Source: a virus. From it: a DNA stretch of 64,000 bases. The notes below the pieces were generated by a model, which saw only the letters and a program-made list of their open reading frames with translations, had not been told where the DNA came from and made no database searches. The stretch is taken from positions 51,611-115,610 of the IMG/VR virus record IMGVR_UViG_3300010373_000001; one strand, 5' to 3'. The position numbers and the translations under genes are program-made. This document shows positions 1 through 10,229 of this stretch, piece by piece (within the stretch, counting starts at the first letter, position 1; each line of letters begins with the position of its first letter).

Positions 1-22
1 AGCTGTCATATTGAATCCTATA

Positions 23-535
23 TCATGATTGATTAGTTGTTATTGCATCAGCAGCTATAGCGATTTCCTGTGTGGCAAGTACCTGTTGCGGTGCATCAAG
101 AGTCCAGGTATAGGCAAGATTGCCAACTGTTCCTGATGCGACTGTAACCAGAGCTAGCCACTGGGCAGCCAAAGTCATATTTGCAGAGACAGGCCCGAAA
201 ATAAGCAAGCCGTTATTGGTGCTTACTGACGGCAATGTATCTGTCGCCGGGTTGAATGTTACTGCAATACGGGAGTAACCTGCTGTTGTTACTTCCTGAA
301 GATCGGATATAAAGACAGCACTGCTAGGATCTGCTGTGCAAAGAGCAAGATATCTTGATCCGGCCGCTACCCACGCGGTTCCATTGAACTCGTTTACAAC
401 GTAGCTGGCTGAAGAATTAATCCAGTACTGACCTGGAATTGGAGTTGATGGTGCAGTACCGGCAACAACAGGAGTCGTTAGACCAAGCAGCGAGTTAAGC
501 TGTACCTGTGCCCCCCATGGTGCAATGCCCGTCAT
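23..535 (-). CDS. Probable virion structural protein
   Basis: 170 aa, Thr/Ala/Val-rich beta-type composition; downstream of the capsid gene; AGYSR motif shared with 10229..10699. Confidence 0.55.
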   Translation of the reverse strand: MTGIAPWGAQVQLNSLLGLTTPVVAGTAPSTPIPGQYWINSSASYVVNEFNGTAWVAAGSRYLALCTADPSSAVFISDLQEVTTAGYSRIAVTFNPATDTLPSVSTNNGLLIFGPVSANMTLAAQWLALVTVASGTVGNLAYTWTLDAPQQVLATQEIAIAADAITTNQS

Positions 536-973
536 TTACTGTCCTATATAAGCTAGTCGGCCCTGAGCCTCTAGGTGCTTTGCCAGATCTACTGGAACTT
601 TATATGAGAAGCCAACCTTGAATGAAAAAGTATTCAGTGAGCCCATTACTGCGGGTCTTCCTGTATCCGGATCACCTGGATCGACTACTTGCCTGCCGAA
701 AGTCATATCTGTGATGTCAGAATTAACTCTAATTGTCCTAATAGGACTATTGATTTCGACTGGCGCTTTCTCGATACTCTCGTCTAGAGGAACGTCCGCT
801 CCTGTGTAGTCGATAACGGTATCGTAATCTTCTTCTCTTTGTGCATTGACCATAGCAAGATGTTGTGCTTGCTCTTTTAGTTCTTCTTTGTGTGCTTCAG
901 CTAGTCTCTGAGTAGTAATCCCAGTAAAGTCTGCGGGGCTCTTGCCCGAAGTTCTGGTCTTTGGTGCTGTCAT
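536..973 (-). CDS. Hypothetical head-associated protein
   Basis: 145 aa ORF immediately after the major capsid gene and abutting the next ORF. Confidence 0.5.
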   Translation of the reverse strand: MTAPKTRTSGKSPADFTGITTQRLAEAHKEELKEQAQHLAMVNAQREEDYDTVIDYTGADVPLDESIEKAPVEINSPIRTIRVNSDITDMTFGRQVVDPGDPDTGRPAVMGSLNTFSFKVGFSYKVPVDLAKHLEAQGRLAYIGQ

Positions 974-1009
974 TTTTATCCCTAATTACTTGTTCGAAAT
1001 TTGATTGTA

Positions 1010-1032
1010 TCCCCCTCCATATCGGAGGGGGA
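1010..1032 (-). terminator. Hairpin/terminator after major capsid gene
   Basis: tccccctcc-atatc-ggaggggg(g) inverted repeat just past the capsid stop codon. Confidence 0.5.
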
Positions 1033-1051
1033 CAACAGTCACGTAATAAAA

Positions 1052-2053
1052 TCAGTTAGTCTCTGCGATCAGAACTGCCTGATCGGTGATAAGACCAAGA
1101 CCCCAGATCGCGTACCATGCTAGAGCATGCTCACGACCGAAGTCCAGAATACCACCGTCTCGTAGCTCTACAGGCAGCGAGATAGCATGCCCGAAAGCGT
1201 TGTCACCAATGAAGATGGCATCGTACAGAAGAGGACCGGATGAACCCTGTACGTAGTTATTGAATACCTGAGTGGTTTCAATGAAAACTACGTCATTCAG
1301 ACGGCCAATTTCACCCAGAAGGAAGTTGCCAGGTGCGGCATACTTAGTCACTTCAATAAACTCAGGGTCATCCCTAAGCTGACGTGACTGGTGAGGGTGA
1401 ATGAAGCAGACGTAAGTCTCGCCTAGCCTCGGCACGTTCTTGGTAGCAAGTGTCTCCTGTGCGTCCTTAACTACAGCAGTTGTGAAGCTGAAGTTACCTG
1501 CTGAAAGCGCAGAAGATGAAGTTGCCGCAGAACCGTGGTCATAAGGCGAAAGCGGAGTACGAACAGCAGTTGACAGAGCAAACTTGTTGTATCCCCAGAT
1601 CTTTGAGGATGCCTGCATCAGTGTGTCTCTTGCACTGCCGTCAAGATAAAGGGCCATGTTACGGCCAAGCAGACGTGAACCAGATGCCATAACGTCATCA
1701 AATGATGCGTTCAGCAGCAGTTCTGATACTGCAATAGCGAAGCCCTGCTCAGCTACGGTGATGTCAAACTGAGAAGCTGTAAGAGGGTTAGTAGCCATAC
1801 GCACACCTTCAACAAGCTGTGAAGCTGCACCTAGGTTGTTGTACCTCATGAAATGAATGGTCAATCCCGGCTGTACGTTTAGTTCAGTCTTCTTTACAGC
1901 AAACTGCTCAAAACGCAAAATCGGCATTGCCTGGAACAAAATTTCTTTCGACCAGATTGTCTGGACCGCTGGGGTAAGCTGTGAACCTCCACCAGCATAA
2001 GCTGTTGGTGATGCGCTCAGAAAGCTAGTACCAGTGATAGCACTTCCTGCCAT
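1052..2053 (-). CDS. Major capsid protein (N4-gp56-like HK97-fold family)
   Basis: 333 aa; IWSKEILFQAMPILRFEQF, YVCFIHPHQSRQLRDDPEF, GEIGRL and DFGREHALAWYAIWG motifs; order portal-scaffold-capsid. Confidence 0.9.
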   Translation of the reverse strand: MAGSAITGTSFLSASPTAYAGGGSQLTPAVQTIWSKEILFQAMPILRFEQFAVKKTELNVQPGLTIHFMRYNNLGAASQLVEGVRMATNPLTASQFDITVAEQGFAIAVSELLLNASFDDVMASGSRLLGRNMALYLDGSARDTLMQASSKIWGYNKFALSTAVRTPLSPYDHGSAATSSSALSAGNFSFTTAVVKDAQETLATKNVPRLGETYVCFIHPHQSRQLRDDPEFIEVTKYAAPGNFLLGEIGRLNDVVFIETTQVFNNYVQGSSGPLLYDAIFIGDNAFGHAISLPVELRDGGILDFGREHALAWYAIWGLGLITDQAVLIAETN

Positions 2054-2080
2054 AGCAGAGTACCTTTCGTGTAAGTTATT

Positions 2081-2947
2081 TTAATTTAATAGACCCTTGT
2101 TTTGCCCTGCTTTATCCAAGCCCGACTGCTTTCTGTACGCCGCGAATTCCTCCATGCTCATCGCATTGATCTGTTCTGCGGTGTAAGTTCTCTGCCCTGT
2201 TAGATTGTCCAATGGCCCAGATGGACCGAAACCTGTTGGCGCGACCCCGGTTGGCCTGCCTTGTCCTGGGTTTACCGGAGTTTGTCCGGTCATGCTAGCT
2301 ACTATATTAGCAGTTTTCTGAATTGCTTTGGTTAGGCTAGCATCAATTTCTTCTTTTGTATTGCCGCCAATGTAATCAACAAAATCCTCGGCTAGCTGCT
2401 GGTTAGCAATAGCCTGGGCAACTACCTGCTGAGTATAAGCCTGAAGTTCGAAGAGCTGCCTCTCCTTATTCATGAAAGCTCTCTCAGCTTCCATGTCCTT
2501 CTTAAACTGTTCTTTCTCAGCGTCCCACTCTGCGGCTCTTTTAGTAATCAGCTCTTCTGCTGATAGCTTAGCCTCAGCGGCTTTCCTGGCTACTTCGTCT
2601 GCTTCTTCTCGCTGCTGTTTTGCAGCAGCTTCTCTGGCATTCTCAGCTTCAGATAGTCTCTTTAGTTCCTGCTGGAATTCAGCAGCCTGATCCTCAGCCT
2701 TCTTCAGCCTGTCATATACCTTGTCCTTTTCCTGCTTTCTTGCAGCTTCAAGCTGTTCTGCTGTGAAATACTGCTGTCCGGGAGGAGGGTTATTAACAGT
2801 GATATTCAAGGGTGAAGCATCAGCCGGTGGTACGGGGGGATTAACCGGAGGCTCGGTTGGCGTACTTCCGCCAGCCTGCAATCTGATTGGACCTCTTTTA
2901 CCGTAGCCGATGATCTGGCCGGGCATGTTTGTGTTCGGCATATACAT
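2081..2947 (-). CDS. Capsid scaffolding protein
   Basis: Pro-rich N-terminus, long E/K/A coiled coil, C-terminal MSMEEFAAYRK; lies between portal and capsid. Confidence 0.8.
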   Translation of the reverse strand: MYMPNTNMPGQIIGYGKRGPIRLQAGGSTPTEPPVNPPVPPADASPLNITVNNPPPGQQYFTAEQLEAARKQEKDKVYDRLKKAEDQAAEFQQELKRLSEAENAREAAAKQQREEADEVARKAAEAKLSAEELITKRAAEWDAEKEQFKKDMEAERAFMNKERQLFELQAYTQQVVAQAIANQQLAEDFVDYIGGNTKEEIDASLTKAIQKTANIVASMTGQTPVNPGQGRPTGVAPTGFGPSGPLDNLTGQRTYTAEQINAMSMEEFAAYRKQSGLDKAGQNKGLLN

Positions 2948-2989
2948 TATCTCTTTCAGTTAACTTACAGTTTTCCGTTTAAACCACGA

Positions 2990-4708
2990 TTAAGAATTAT
3001 CTGTGTTATTTATATTTCTTCTCTGCGGCAGTTTAGTGCCGTATGCCATTGTCACGATGTCTTCCATCGTGTTATCTCCAGCCAACCCTGTGATATCTCC
3101 CAGTGATGGAAGATCAGGCAATGGCTGGTTGTCAATGGCAGCATCAGGCTTTCCAGGTTCGCCTTCCTTTGGCTTATCATCCTGCTCGGCGTAACCTTCA
3201 GGTACTAGCCCTGTCAATTTCATAATTATAGCACTGATATGTGCTTTTAGAACCTGCATAGCAGCTTCCTGCTTTGCGTCTACTATTCTTTCCTCGAACA
3301 GCTCAGCCAGTTTCTCGTCTGGGAATTCTTCACCCAGTTCACGAAGAGCACCGACTTTAGACTCAAGCCCAAGAGCCTGCTTTACCTGGATTTCTGACAG
3401 CTTAATTGTCTCGTCAACCGGCAGTGGTGGTGGCCACACAATGCTGACATTGTAAATGTCGTCATCACCTGGATTAAGGATTAAAGGCTGTTCCTCTGTT
3501 TCCTTGATACCATCGGTTTCCGGATCGTACATCAGAGTCTCTGGCTCAAACAGGAACAATGTCTTGAGAGCCATCCTGCTTATTTCCTTAAGACCAACTT
3601 CGTACTGAGTTCTCTTCTGGTCATAGGCAAGCATAGTAGGCATGTACTGGATAGCCAGTGCCACGCCTGATGTACTAGAGATAGACTGAGCTTCACCCAG
3701 AGCCGTTTGCGGGATGCCGATCATCTCGTGCATTCCCAGCTTTAGCATCTGAAGGAACTCAATAGCGGCAGGAAGTCCCTCAGCACCACCGCTTAGGTTA
3801 GTGATCTTGGCATCTTTAGACGCAAGAGCCCAGATCTTATTTGCTCCCTGCTCAAGATTAGAAGCTTTTCCTCCGGTGATAACTGTCACGGGTGCCGTGT
3901 GATAGTTAATGATGTCAGAAACGTCAGTTGCTTTTTCGTTAAAGTCCCTGTTCAGAGGTATAACGTCCATGACATCTGATAGACCCCATGGAGAAGCAGA
4001 GGCAATACGGTTAGCAACATGAACAACCGGAATGAATCCTAGCGGATTCTCCCTGCGGTCAATCAGTTCGTCGTTAACGTATTCCTCAATGGTGTCATCA
4101 GTAAGAATTTCAACGTAGGTGAATACCTGACGTGTTCCCTCCGGTGCTGTGCCCCAGAAACGGTACTTGATCTTAAACCTGATCAGGCGATCCCTGTCAT
4201 GAGGATGCCATTCCGGGAAACAGAAGCTTGCGTTAATGGGCAGGATTCTTACCTTGCCCTTATGTACTGAACCTACTGCATCTGTGTAAGGAGGTTCCCA
4301 TGCAACCTTAACGAAAGAGTCTCCCTGAACACTTCCCTGGTTGCCGATTTCCCATAGTAGCTGCTGCTTGTTATTGTCCTTCATCCAGATACGGTCAAGC
4401 AGAGCGGGGATAATGTGCTGGAATTTCTTAGGTGACTGGAATGTAACTCCGCGAGAGAAGGTAAAGTTTACCATCCAGTCTGATAATGCACGCACATAGT
4501 TGAAAGTTATCTGCGGCTCTCCTGGCTCTCTTCTGTAAGCCCAGTGATGCCCAAGATAGAATGCCCAAGCTTGAGCATAGCGGTTAAGTCTGGGTCCATG
4601 AACCTCAAACTCTTCGTCAGCTAGCTCGACCAGACCTAGAGGAGAGATAGCAACAGTAAGGTCGCTACCAGCAGCCCTCATGGATGGGCTTACAAAATCA
4701 ATGCTCAT
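2990..4708 (-). CDS. Portal protein (SPP1 gp6-like)
   Basis: 572 aa; GDSFVKV, NPLGFIPVVHV, WGLSD and SGVALAIQY motifs; upstream of scaffold. Confidence 0.88.
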   Translation of the reverse strand: MSIDFVSPSMRAAGSDLTVAISPLGLVELADEEFEVHGPRLNRYAQAWAFYLGHHWAYRREPGEPQITFNYVRALSDWMVNFTFSRGVTFQSPKKFQHIIPALLDRIWMKDNNKQQLLWEIGNQGSVQGDSFVKVAWEPPYTDAVGSVHKGKVRILPINASFCFPEWHPHDRDRLIRFKIKYRFWGTAPEGTRQVFTYVEILTDDTIEEYVNDELIDRRENPLGFIPVVHVANRIASASPWGLSDVMDVIPLNRDFNEKATDVSDIINYHTAPVTVITGGKASNLEQGANKIWALASKDAKITNLSGGAEGLPAAIEFLQMLKLGMHEMIGIPQTALGEAQSISSTSGVALAIQYMPTMLAYDQKRTQYEVGLKEISRMALKTLFLFEPETLMYDPETDGIKETEEQPLILNPGDDDIYNVSIVWPPPLPVDETIKLSEIQVKQALGLESKVGALRELGEEFPDEKLAELFEERIVDAKQEAAMQVLKAHISAIIMKLTGLVPEGYAEQDDKPKEGEPGKPDAAIDNQPLPDLPSLGDITGLAGDNTMEDIVTMAYGTKLPQRRNINNTDNS

Positions 4709-4801
4709 TTGCTACTTTCTCTGCCATTTAAGTGTCCCGTATTAGTTGTTCTTAAACCTGAGGATGCCGGGAGTACTTTTTGAGTACTCCCGGCAGAAGA
4801 T

Positions 4802-5026
4802 TTAGCCTCTTCTTACCCTCGGTTTTGGTGCGTGCAGTACATATGTTCCGGGTCTTCTAACATCAGTTCCCGGCTTCTTAAGAGGTGATTTTCTCTTAGC
4901 ACCCAGCCTTGTTTCCGGCCTGTACCCTACCAGAGTTCTTCTGTGATGAAACTCTGGTACAACGGTATGACCTTTCGTGTGCCGGGTTGGCTTTTTGAAC
5001 TGCCCCGGATTTAGCGGCGCAGACAT
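4802..5026 (-). CDS. Small basic protein
   Basis: 74 aa, K/R-rich, inside the virion operon. Confidence 0.5.
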   Translation of the reverse strand: MSAPLNPGQFKKPTRHTKGHTVVPEFHHRRTLVGYRPETRLGAKRKSPLKKPGTDVRRPGTYVLHAPKPRVRRG

Positions 5027-5030
5027 AAGC

Positions 5031-5489
5031 TTAGTCCATTACTTCCGCAGGGTTACGACGCTCGTAACGCTTGCCTGAAGGGTTAGGAGCACCACGGTTA
5101 ACCTGCTCGTACTTCCTTTCGGCAGTAGCGTAGTCTGCACCATGAGAGAACTCACCAAGATATGTTGGTGCCTCTACCCATGCGGCAGAACCTACGTGAG
5201 CACGTTCCCTCATTGTTTCCGCTGGCCACTTCTCATATACATTCATGTTATGATTCGGGCGGCCCGGTGCGGGAACGTATCCCTGCCTGATACCGTTTTC
5301 AAACTCATTGGGAAGGTCGGTGTCAGTTGCCAGACCTTCCTCGAAACGCAATGGGCCAACCTGTCCTGACTGGTTTGGTCCCGACTTTACCTCATAAATA
5401 GTCCCCGGACGCTCTGGGTAGTGATCTACCGGAGCAAGAGGTGACCTGTTTGGAGTGGCCTGAGTGTAGCCAAAATCCTTATTTGCCAT
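5031..5489 (-). CDS. Hypothetical virion-module protein
   Basis: 152 aa, tightly packed in the structural operon. Confidence 0.55.
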   Translation of the reverse strand: MANKDFGYTQATPNRSPLAPVDHYPERPGTIYEVKSGPNQSGQVGPLRFEEGLATDTDLPNEFENGIRQGYVPAPGRPNHNMNVYEKWPAETMRERAHVGSAAWVEAPTYLGEFSHGADYATAERKYEQVNRGAPNPSGKRYERRNPAEVMD

Positions 5490-5506
5490 TTTATCTTCTT
5501 TCCTTA

Positions 5507-5917
5507 TCAGCCAGTGCCGGTTACGGTGTAACCCATTGTCTGTGCTGAGATAAGTTTAACTGTAGTTCCGGGGCTAGCGATACCGCCTGCTATAGATGAT
5601 CCCATAGGGGTTACAGTCTGGGGGATCGTTGTTATCAGTGTTCCTGCCGGAACATTCATCAGACCTTGTGTCCAGTATGGTTCTGCATTATCAAGTATAA
5701 CCGTCTGATTGGGCGCAATTTGCTCGTCATCCTGGCCACCGACAGTTGGTGTAGTTCCATCCACTGTAGCGTAAATAGGAGCCGGGGTTGTGCCACTCTC
5801 ATTAGTAATTTCAACAGCACCATAACGGATAGGAACAGAGCCCGATCCGAATGTAATAGTTGTGACAGTGTTCGCTACAAGAGTACCGTTTGCTGTCTCT
5901 ACTGCTGTGAATGGCAT
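5507..5917 (-). CDS. Probable structural/decoration protein
   Basis: 136 aa Thr/Gly-rich beta-sandwich-like sequence. Confidence 0.5.
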   Translation of the reverse strand: MPFTAVETANGTLVANTVTTITFGSGSVPIRYGAVEITNESGTTPAPIYATVDGTTPTVGGQDDEQIAPNQTVILDNAEPYWTQGLMNVPAGTLITTIPQTVTPMGSSIAGGIASPGTTVKLISAQTMGYTVTGTG

Positions 5918-5918
5918 A

Positions 5919-6548
5919 TCAGGCCCTTAGTCCTGCCCATACTTTTGAAGCGTACCCGATCTGACCTGAAAGAGTCAGGGAAGCAGGAAGAGTTGCCTGC
6001 ACGCCATAGTCAGAGGTAATCGGCGCAGACGCCAGAGTTACACCAGCGTTACCGAATGCGATAGCACCACCAGAACCGCCTGTTGGGTAAGTTACACCAG
6101 CAAGCACGGGCTGTACTGACCAAGTAATTGTAGTGAACAAGTAGTAGTAGTTACCGCCAACAAGGTTAGCTGAAGCGGCAAACGCTACGGGGGTCAGAGC
6201 GGTGTTCACAATAGCTGCGTGAGCATCTACTGATGTGGCTAGCTGTGCCCCTGTGGCTGAGTAAAGCCCGGAAAGGAAAACAGTAGTTGTTCCTGTAGTT
6301 GTGAAGTAATAGTCAACGTGGCCTACAGTGCAGTTAGCCGGAACATAAATTCTGGTTAGCAGACCGTGAGTTGAGGCCGGAAAGTTAACTGTAGCAGTGG
6401 CGTCATCTAGTTCAAGGCTCCAGGCATTGTACCCATTCTGGAGAGACGGCACGAAAAGAGTTGAGCTTGCGTTGGCATAGCTCTCAAGAGAAGCTAGCTG
6501 CTGGTCTGTCCAACCAGTAGTGTTCTCGATTCCTAGGGACGTAGCCAT
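5919..6548 (-). CDS. Probable structural/decoration protein
   Basis: 209 aa Thr/Ala/Gly-rich, in the structural operon. Confidence 0.5.
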   Translation of the reverse strand: MATSLGIENTTGWTDQQLASLESYANASSTLFVPSLQNGYNAWSLELDDATATVNFPASTHGLLTRIYVPANCTVGHVDYYFTTTGTTTVFLSGLYSATGAQLATSVDAHAAIVNTALTPVAFAASANLVGGNYYYLFTTITWSVQPVLAGVTYPTGGSGGAIAFGNAGVTLASAPITSDYGVQATLPASLTLSGQIGYASKVWAGLRA

Positions 6549-6595
6549 AGTGTTAGTCCTAACATGGATGTAAATATTTACAGTCTTATTGTATC

Positions 6596-8599
6596 TTACC
6601 TAGAATGCCTCTTGTAAACAGGTATTCTCAATTTAGCCATCCAGTCTCTAGGACCGAGAATGGCAGCAATTACTATCTGACCTGCGTGACCAGCAAAAGC
6701 TTTAACGGAAGTATTAGATGAAGGTCCAGGGATATTCAGGTTTACTGTTCCTGCACGGGCTGAAACTGATGAAGCTGAAGCAGTTCCAGGTACAGTAACC
6801 TTTACCGTTCCCGTCTTTGCCGATACTGCTACAGTAGCAGTGATTCCGTGAACAACAGCGTCAGCGCTTACTATACCCGGCGTTGCTGAAATAGTTACAT
6901 GAGCAGTTGTGCCCTGTACTGTTTCAGAAACAGTACCAGGAATAGCAGCCACAGTTGCGGTTGCTGTTACTCCTGTGATAGTTACATTTACAGTCCCCGG
7001 ATTTGCGTGGGCCGTAGCCTGAGCAACAGATCCGGAAATAGTTTCAACGATTGTTCCTGCAATAGCCGCGACGGTTGCCGTAGCTGTGACACCAGGAACA
7101 TTAGCTGATAGCTGCAATCCTCCAGGGTTGGCTACTACAGTTACCGTACTGGTAATGCCGCCAACAACAGTTGCCTGACCAACTACACCATCAGGAGCAA
7201 ATGCATTGACATTACCAGAAGTTCCGTTAATATCAATCTCAATATTACCGGCAACAGCCTGTACAGGAGAGTTAACAACAGTTCCGGGAGCGGAAATCGT
7301 AACTGTTCCGGCTATGGCTGCTACGGATGCTGTAGCAGTAACACCGCTAACTGTTACCGCAGCAGTTACAGTTCCGGGATTAGCAACCACATTTACATTA
7401 GAGGCTACGCCAGGAGTGGTTACATTAACTGTACCGGCTATAGCTGTAGCTGTTACTGTTGCTGCTGTGCCAGGAATGTTTACTACAGCAGTACCATTAT
7501 TCGCTGCTGCATTAACATTTGAAACTGTTCCCTGCGGATTTACTTTTACTGTACCGGCTTGAGCCGCAACTGTATCTGTAGCAGTTGTCCCGGTAATAGT
7601 CTCAACAACTGTGCCCGCGATAGGTGTAACAGTAACAGCAGAAGCTACCCCCGCTGGGGAAATTGTTACTGTTCCTGCAACTGCGGAAACTGTAACTGTG
7701 CCAGTAGGACCAGTAACACCAGTTGATCCAGCACCGCCAGGATTAGCTGTGACAGTTACAGCAGCAGCCACTCCTGGTATAGATTCAGTTACCGTTCCTG
7801 CTACTGCGGCAGCAGCTACAGTAGAAACTGTTCCCGGAATAGCTTCTGTTACTGTTCCGTTTACAGCAGCTACAGTTACGGTTGCCGTAACACCAGTGAC
7901 ATTTACCGGAACTCCGGAGGTAACAGGCAGCAGTTCAACTGCTACCATTCCCCACCAGTCAGCACCAGCGCTGTTTGTCCAAGATAGGAGAGTGGTTTTG
8001 CCGGTGCCTAGCGACGCCTGATCTTCAAACATACCGTTGCCAGCAGCATCGGTATTATTGATATCTTCTTGCCAGCGGATTGTAGATGACGGACCAGCGG
8101 TGAAAGTTCCCCCGCCGTTATTTCCGCCGTAGGAAGTAGCAGCAACTATAAGGCTACTTGCTGTCGTGTTAGCTACAGCGATAATTCCAGATGAACTATT
8201 ACCAAATGCGGTTACTGCTGTCCCGATACTTGATACACCACCGTAGGTGGTTGCACCAGCCCATATTGGGGGGCCACCAGTAACGGTAACAGTATTAGAT
8301 CCTGTAGGCAAGCTGCCAAGCTTGCCGTACATAGCCACGCCACCAGATGTCCCATTATTGCTTGGGATAAATCCGATAAGTGAAAGTGTTGCTGCACCAT
8401 AAGTAACATTAGTTATGGTGTTAGTTCCGCCATTGGTTTTAGCAGCAACGATAATGCAGTTACCAGCATTACCATTAACCAGTGCTCCTGAAGCCCCCGC
8501 GTATCCAGCAGTGGCATCAAGCGTTACCGTTGTTTGAGGCTGTGGCGCGGTTGGCAGAATCTTTGGCGGTATGGGAAAGCCGCGACCTAGAATAGCCAT
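6596..8599 (-). CDS. Repeat-containing fibre-like virion protein
   Basis: 667 aa; N-terminal globular part followed by about 20 repeats of 20-22 aa (GVTATxTVxAxxGTVxxxxx). Confidence 0.65.
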   Translation of the reverse strand: MAILGRGFPIPPKILPTAPQPQTTVTLDATAGYAGASGALVNGNAGNCIIVAAKTNGGTNTITNVTYGAATLSLIGFIPSNNGTSGGVAMYGKLGSLPTGSNTVTVTGGPPIWAGATTYGGVSSIGTAVTAFGNSSSGIIAVANTTASSLIVAATSYGGNNGGGTFTAGPSSTIRWQEDINNTDAAGNGMFEDQASLGTGKTTLLSWTNSAGADWWGMVAVELLPVTSGVPVNVTGVTATVTVAAVNGTVTEAIPGTVSTVAAAAVAGTVTESIPGVAAAVTVTANPGGAGSTGVTGPTGTVTVSAVAGTVTISPAGVASAVTVTPIAGTVVETITGTTATDTVAAQAGTVKVNPQGTVSNVNAAANNGTAVVNIPGTAATVTATAIAGTVNVTTPGVASNVNVVANPGTVTAAVTVSGVTATASVAAIAGTVTISAPGTVVNSPVQAVAGNIEIDINGTSGNVNAFAPDGVVGQATVVGGITSTVTVVANPGGLQLSANVPGVTATATVAAIAGTIVETISGSVAQATAHANPGTVNVTITGVTATATVAAIPGTVSETVQGTTAHVTISATPGIVSADAVVHGITATVAVSAKTGTVKVTVPGTASASSVSARAGTVNLNIPGPSSNTSVKAFAGHAGQIVIAAILGPRDWMAKLRIPVYKRHSR

Positions 8600-8616
8600 G
8601 GGTTAATTAATTCTTT

Positions 8617-9357
8617 TCACCACAGAGATGCATCATGTACTGGTACTCCGGGAGGCTGAATTACTGGTGGAGTTATTGTCCAGATAAGAATAACCTGACC
8701 GGCAAAACCAGCACCACCAACACGGTTAGTAGTAGCAGTTCCGGATTCTCCGCCTCCACCGCCTCCACCTGGGCCTGAGACTGGAGCATTTCCTACACCA
8801 CCAGCGGAACCTGTTCCTCCAACACCACCGATACCTCCACCAGTAGGAGGAGTTCCGGCAGCATTAACGCCACCAGCACCACCAACTGATCCTGTACCGG
8901 CAGAAGATCCTCCACCGCCGCCAAGATGTGTTGAACCTGCTCCTGTTCCGCCTAGACCACCATCAAAGTGAACAGTGTTAGTTGACCCTGTTCCTCCAGC
9001 ACCACCAGCACCGTTAGCTGTACCGCCAACGCCAAGAGAACCACCATGAGCGGTAACTGTGGTGAACCCGGTCATAGTAAAAGTTGAGCTATTACCATTA
9101 CCACCATTACCTGATGAACCAGCAGAACCAGCAGCCCCTACTACAGCAGTAAAAGCAGTACCAGGAATAATACTTCCTGTTTCCTGGGCAAACTCTCCAC
9201 CACCGCCACCACCAGAACCGTGAACGGTAACAGCACCAGATCCGCCACCGCCACCGCCACTTCCCCAACATTGTGCTATTAGGGAAGTGGCGTTGGGCGG
9301 AACGGTGCCGTTGTTTGTTCCGGCAGAAGAGAAAGTCTGAGTGAAAGTGTAAGACAC
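8617..9357 (-). CDS. Glycine-rich domain virion protein
   Basis: 246 aa; WGSGGGGGG...GGGGGGEF...GGAGFAGQVILIW pattern typical of phage Gly-rich fibre domains. Confidence 0.7.
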   Translation of the reverse strand: MSYTFTQTFSSAGTNNGTVPPNATSLIAQCWGSGGGGGGSGAVTVHGSGGGGGGEFAQETGSIIPGTAFTAVVGAAGSAGSSGNGGNGNSSTFTMTGFTTVTAHGGSLGVGGTANGAGGAGGTGSTNTVHFDGGLGGTGAGSTHLGGGGGSSAGTGSVGGAGGVNAAGTPPTGGGIGGVGGTGSAGGVGNAPVSGPGGGGGGGESGTATTNRVGGAGFAGQVILIWTITPPVIQPPGVPVHDASLW

Positions 9358-9366
9358 TCTTTTACT

Positions 9367-9876
9367 CTATTCTCTCCAGGTAATGTAGCAGATAGCGTTT
9401 ACCGCAGATGCCGCAGTAACCCTGATACGAAGAGCGTCACCAGCTTTAATCATTGGCTCTCTTCCTAGCGGCCATTGCTTGATATAAGTGTTGGTAGACA
9501 ACACCTGATAGTCATAAAGCTGAGTAGAAGTAATAGTACCTTCTGCCGATGCAGTAAATCCTGAAGCACCTGTTCCGATAGTTAGCTGTGATGCCTGTTG
9601 TCCGGGGTTAGTTACATTTGTTATGTCTACTGCGGCAGAAGTGTATGCCGTAACGGTAGCGAAAACTGTTCCCGTGTCGATTAGTTCAGTTCTAATAGCG
9701 GCAGGGGAACCGTCGAATGAGATTCCCCATTCAACGATATTGATATTACGGCCTGATGGGGGTGCCAACTGCATGAGTGTTTTAACTGTAGCTCCTGTGG
9801 TTACCGGAGTTATAGCTGCTGTCGCACCTGAAGTTGGTATATGACCATTGTAGGCCGAGTAGATATTTTCAGCCAT
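9367..9876 (-). CDS. Probable structural protein
   Basis: 169 aa, beta-rich, packed in the operon. Confidence 0.5.
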   Translation of the reverse strand: MAENIYSAYNGHIPTSGATAAITPVTTGATVKTLMQLAPPSGRNINIVEWGISFDGSPAAIRTELIDTGTVFATVTAYTSAAVDITNVTNPGQQASQLTIGTGASGFTASAEGTITSTQLYDYQVLSTNTYIKQWPLGREPMIKAGDALRIRVTAASAVNAICYITWRE

Positions 9877-9878
9877 AA

Positions 9879-10229
9879 TTACACCAGTTCACAAATAAGA
9901 TCTACTGAGCAAAGCTGGTCCGATCCAGTGGTGTTAGTAGTGAATATATCAAAAACCGGAGAGTTACCGCTGTGTCCCATGTGGAAGGTAGGAATATCAA
10001 TAGTTACACCAGCGGGCACATTAAATAGAAAACCGATTATATGAACATCTTCTGGTAGTTGCGTGCGCCACGGAAAAGGGCTGAGCATGTTCAATTGAAA
10101 ATTAGAGTCCGTAGACTCTGATGTCCATGAAACTGTTAGCTCAAATGGACTTGATCCATCAATGCGTGTATTGAGAAGTGTATATAGAACGCTTGCTTGA
10201 TACGAAGCATCGTCGTGAATAAAAGCCAT
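9879..10229 (-). CDS. Hypothetical protein
   Basis: Start moved to the ATG at 10229 (MAFIHDD), which overlaps the upstream stop (TGATG coupling). Confidence 0.5.
   Translation of the reverse strand: MAFIHDDASYQASVLYTLLNTRIDGSSPFELTVSWTSESTDSNFQLNMLSPFPWRTQLPEDVHIIGFLFNVPAGVTIDIPTFHMGHSGNSPVFDIFTTNTTGSDQLCSVDLICELV

Noticed and set aside
6899-8021. Plus-strand ORFs within the repeat fibre gene
   Set aside because: Antisense shadows caused by low-complexity Thr/Val/Ala codons.
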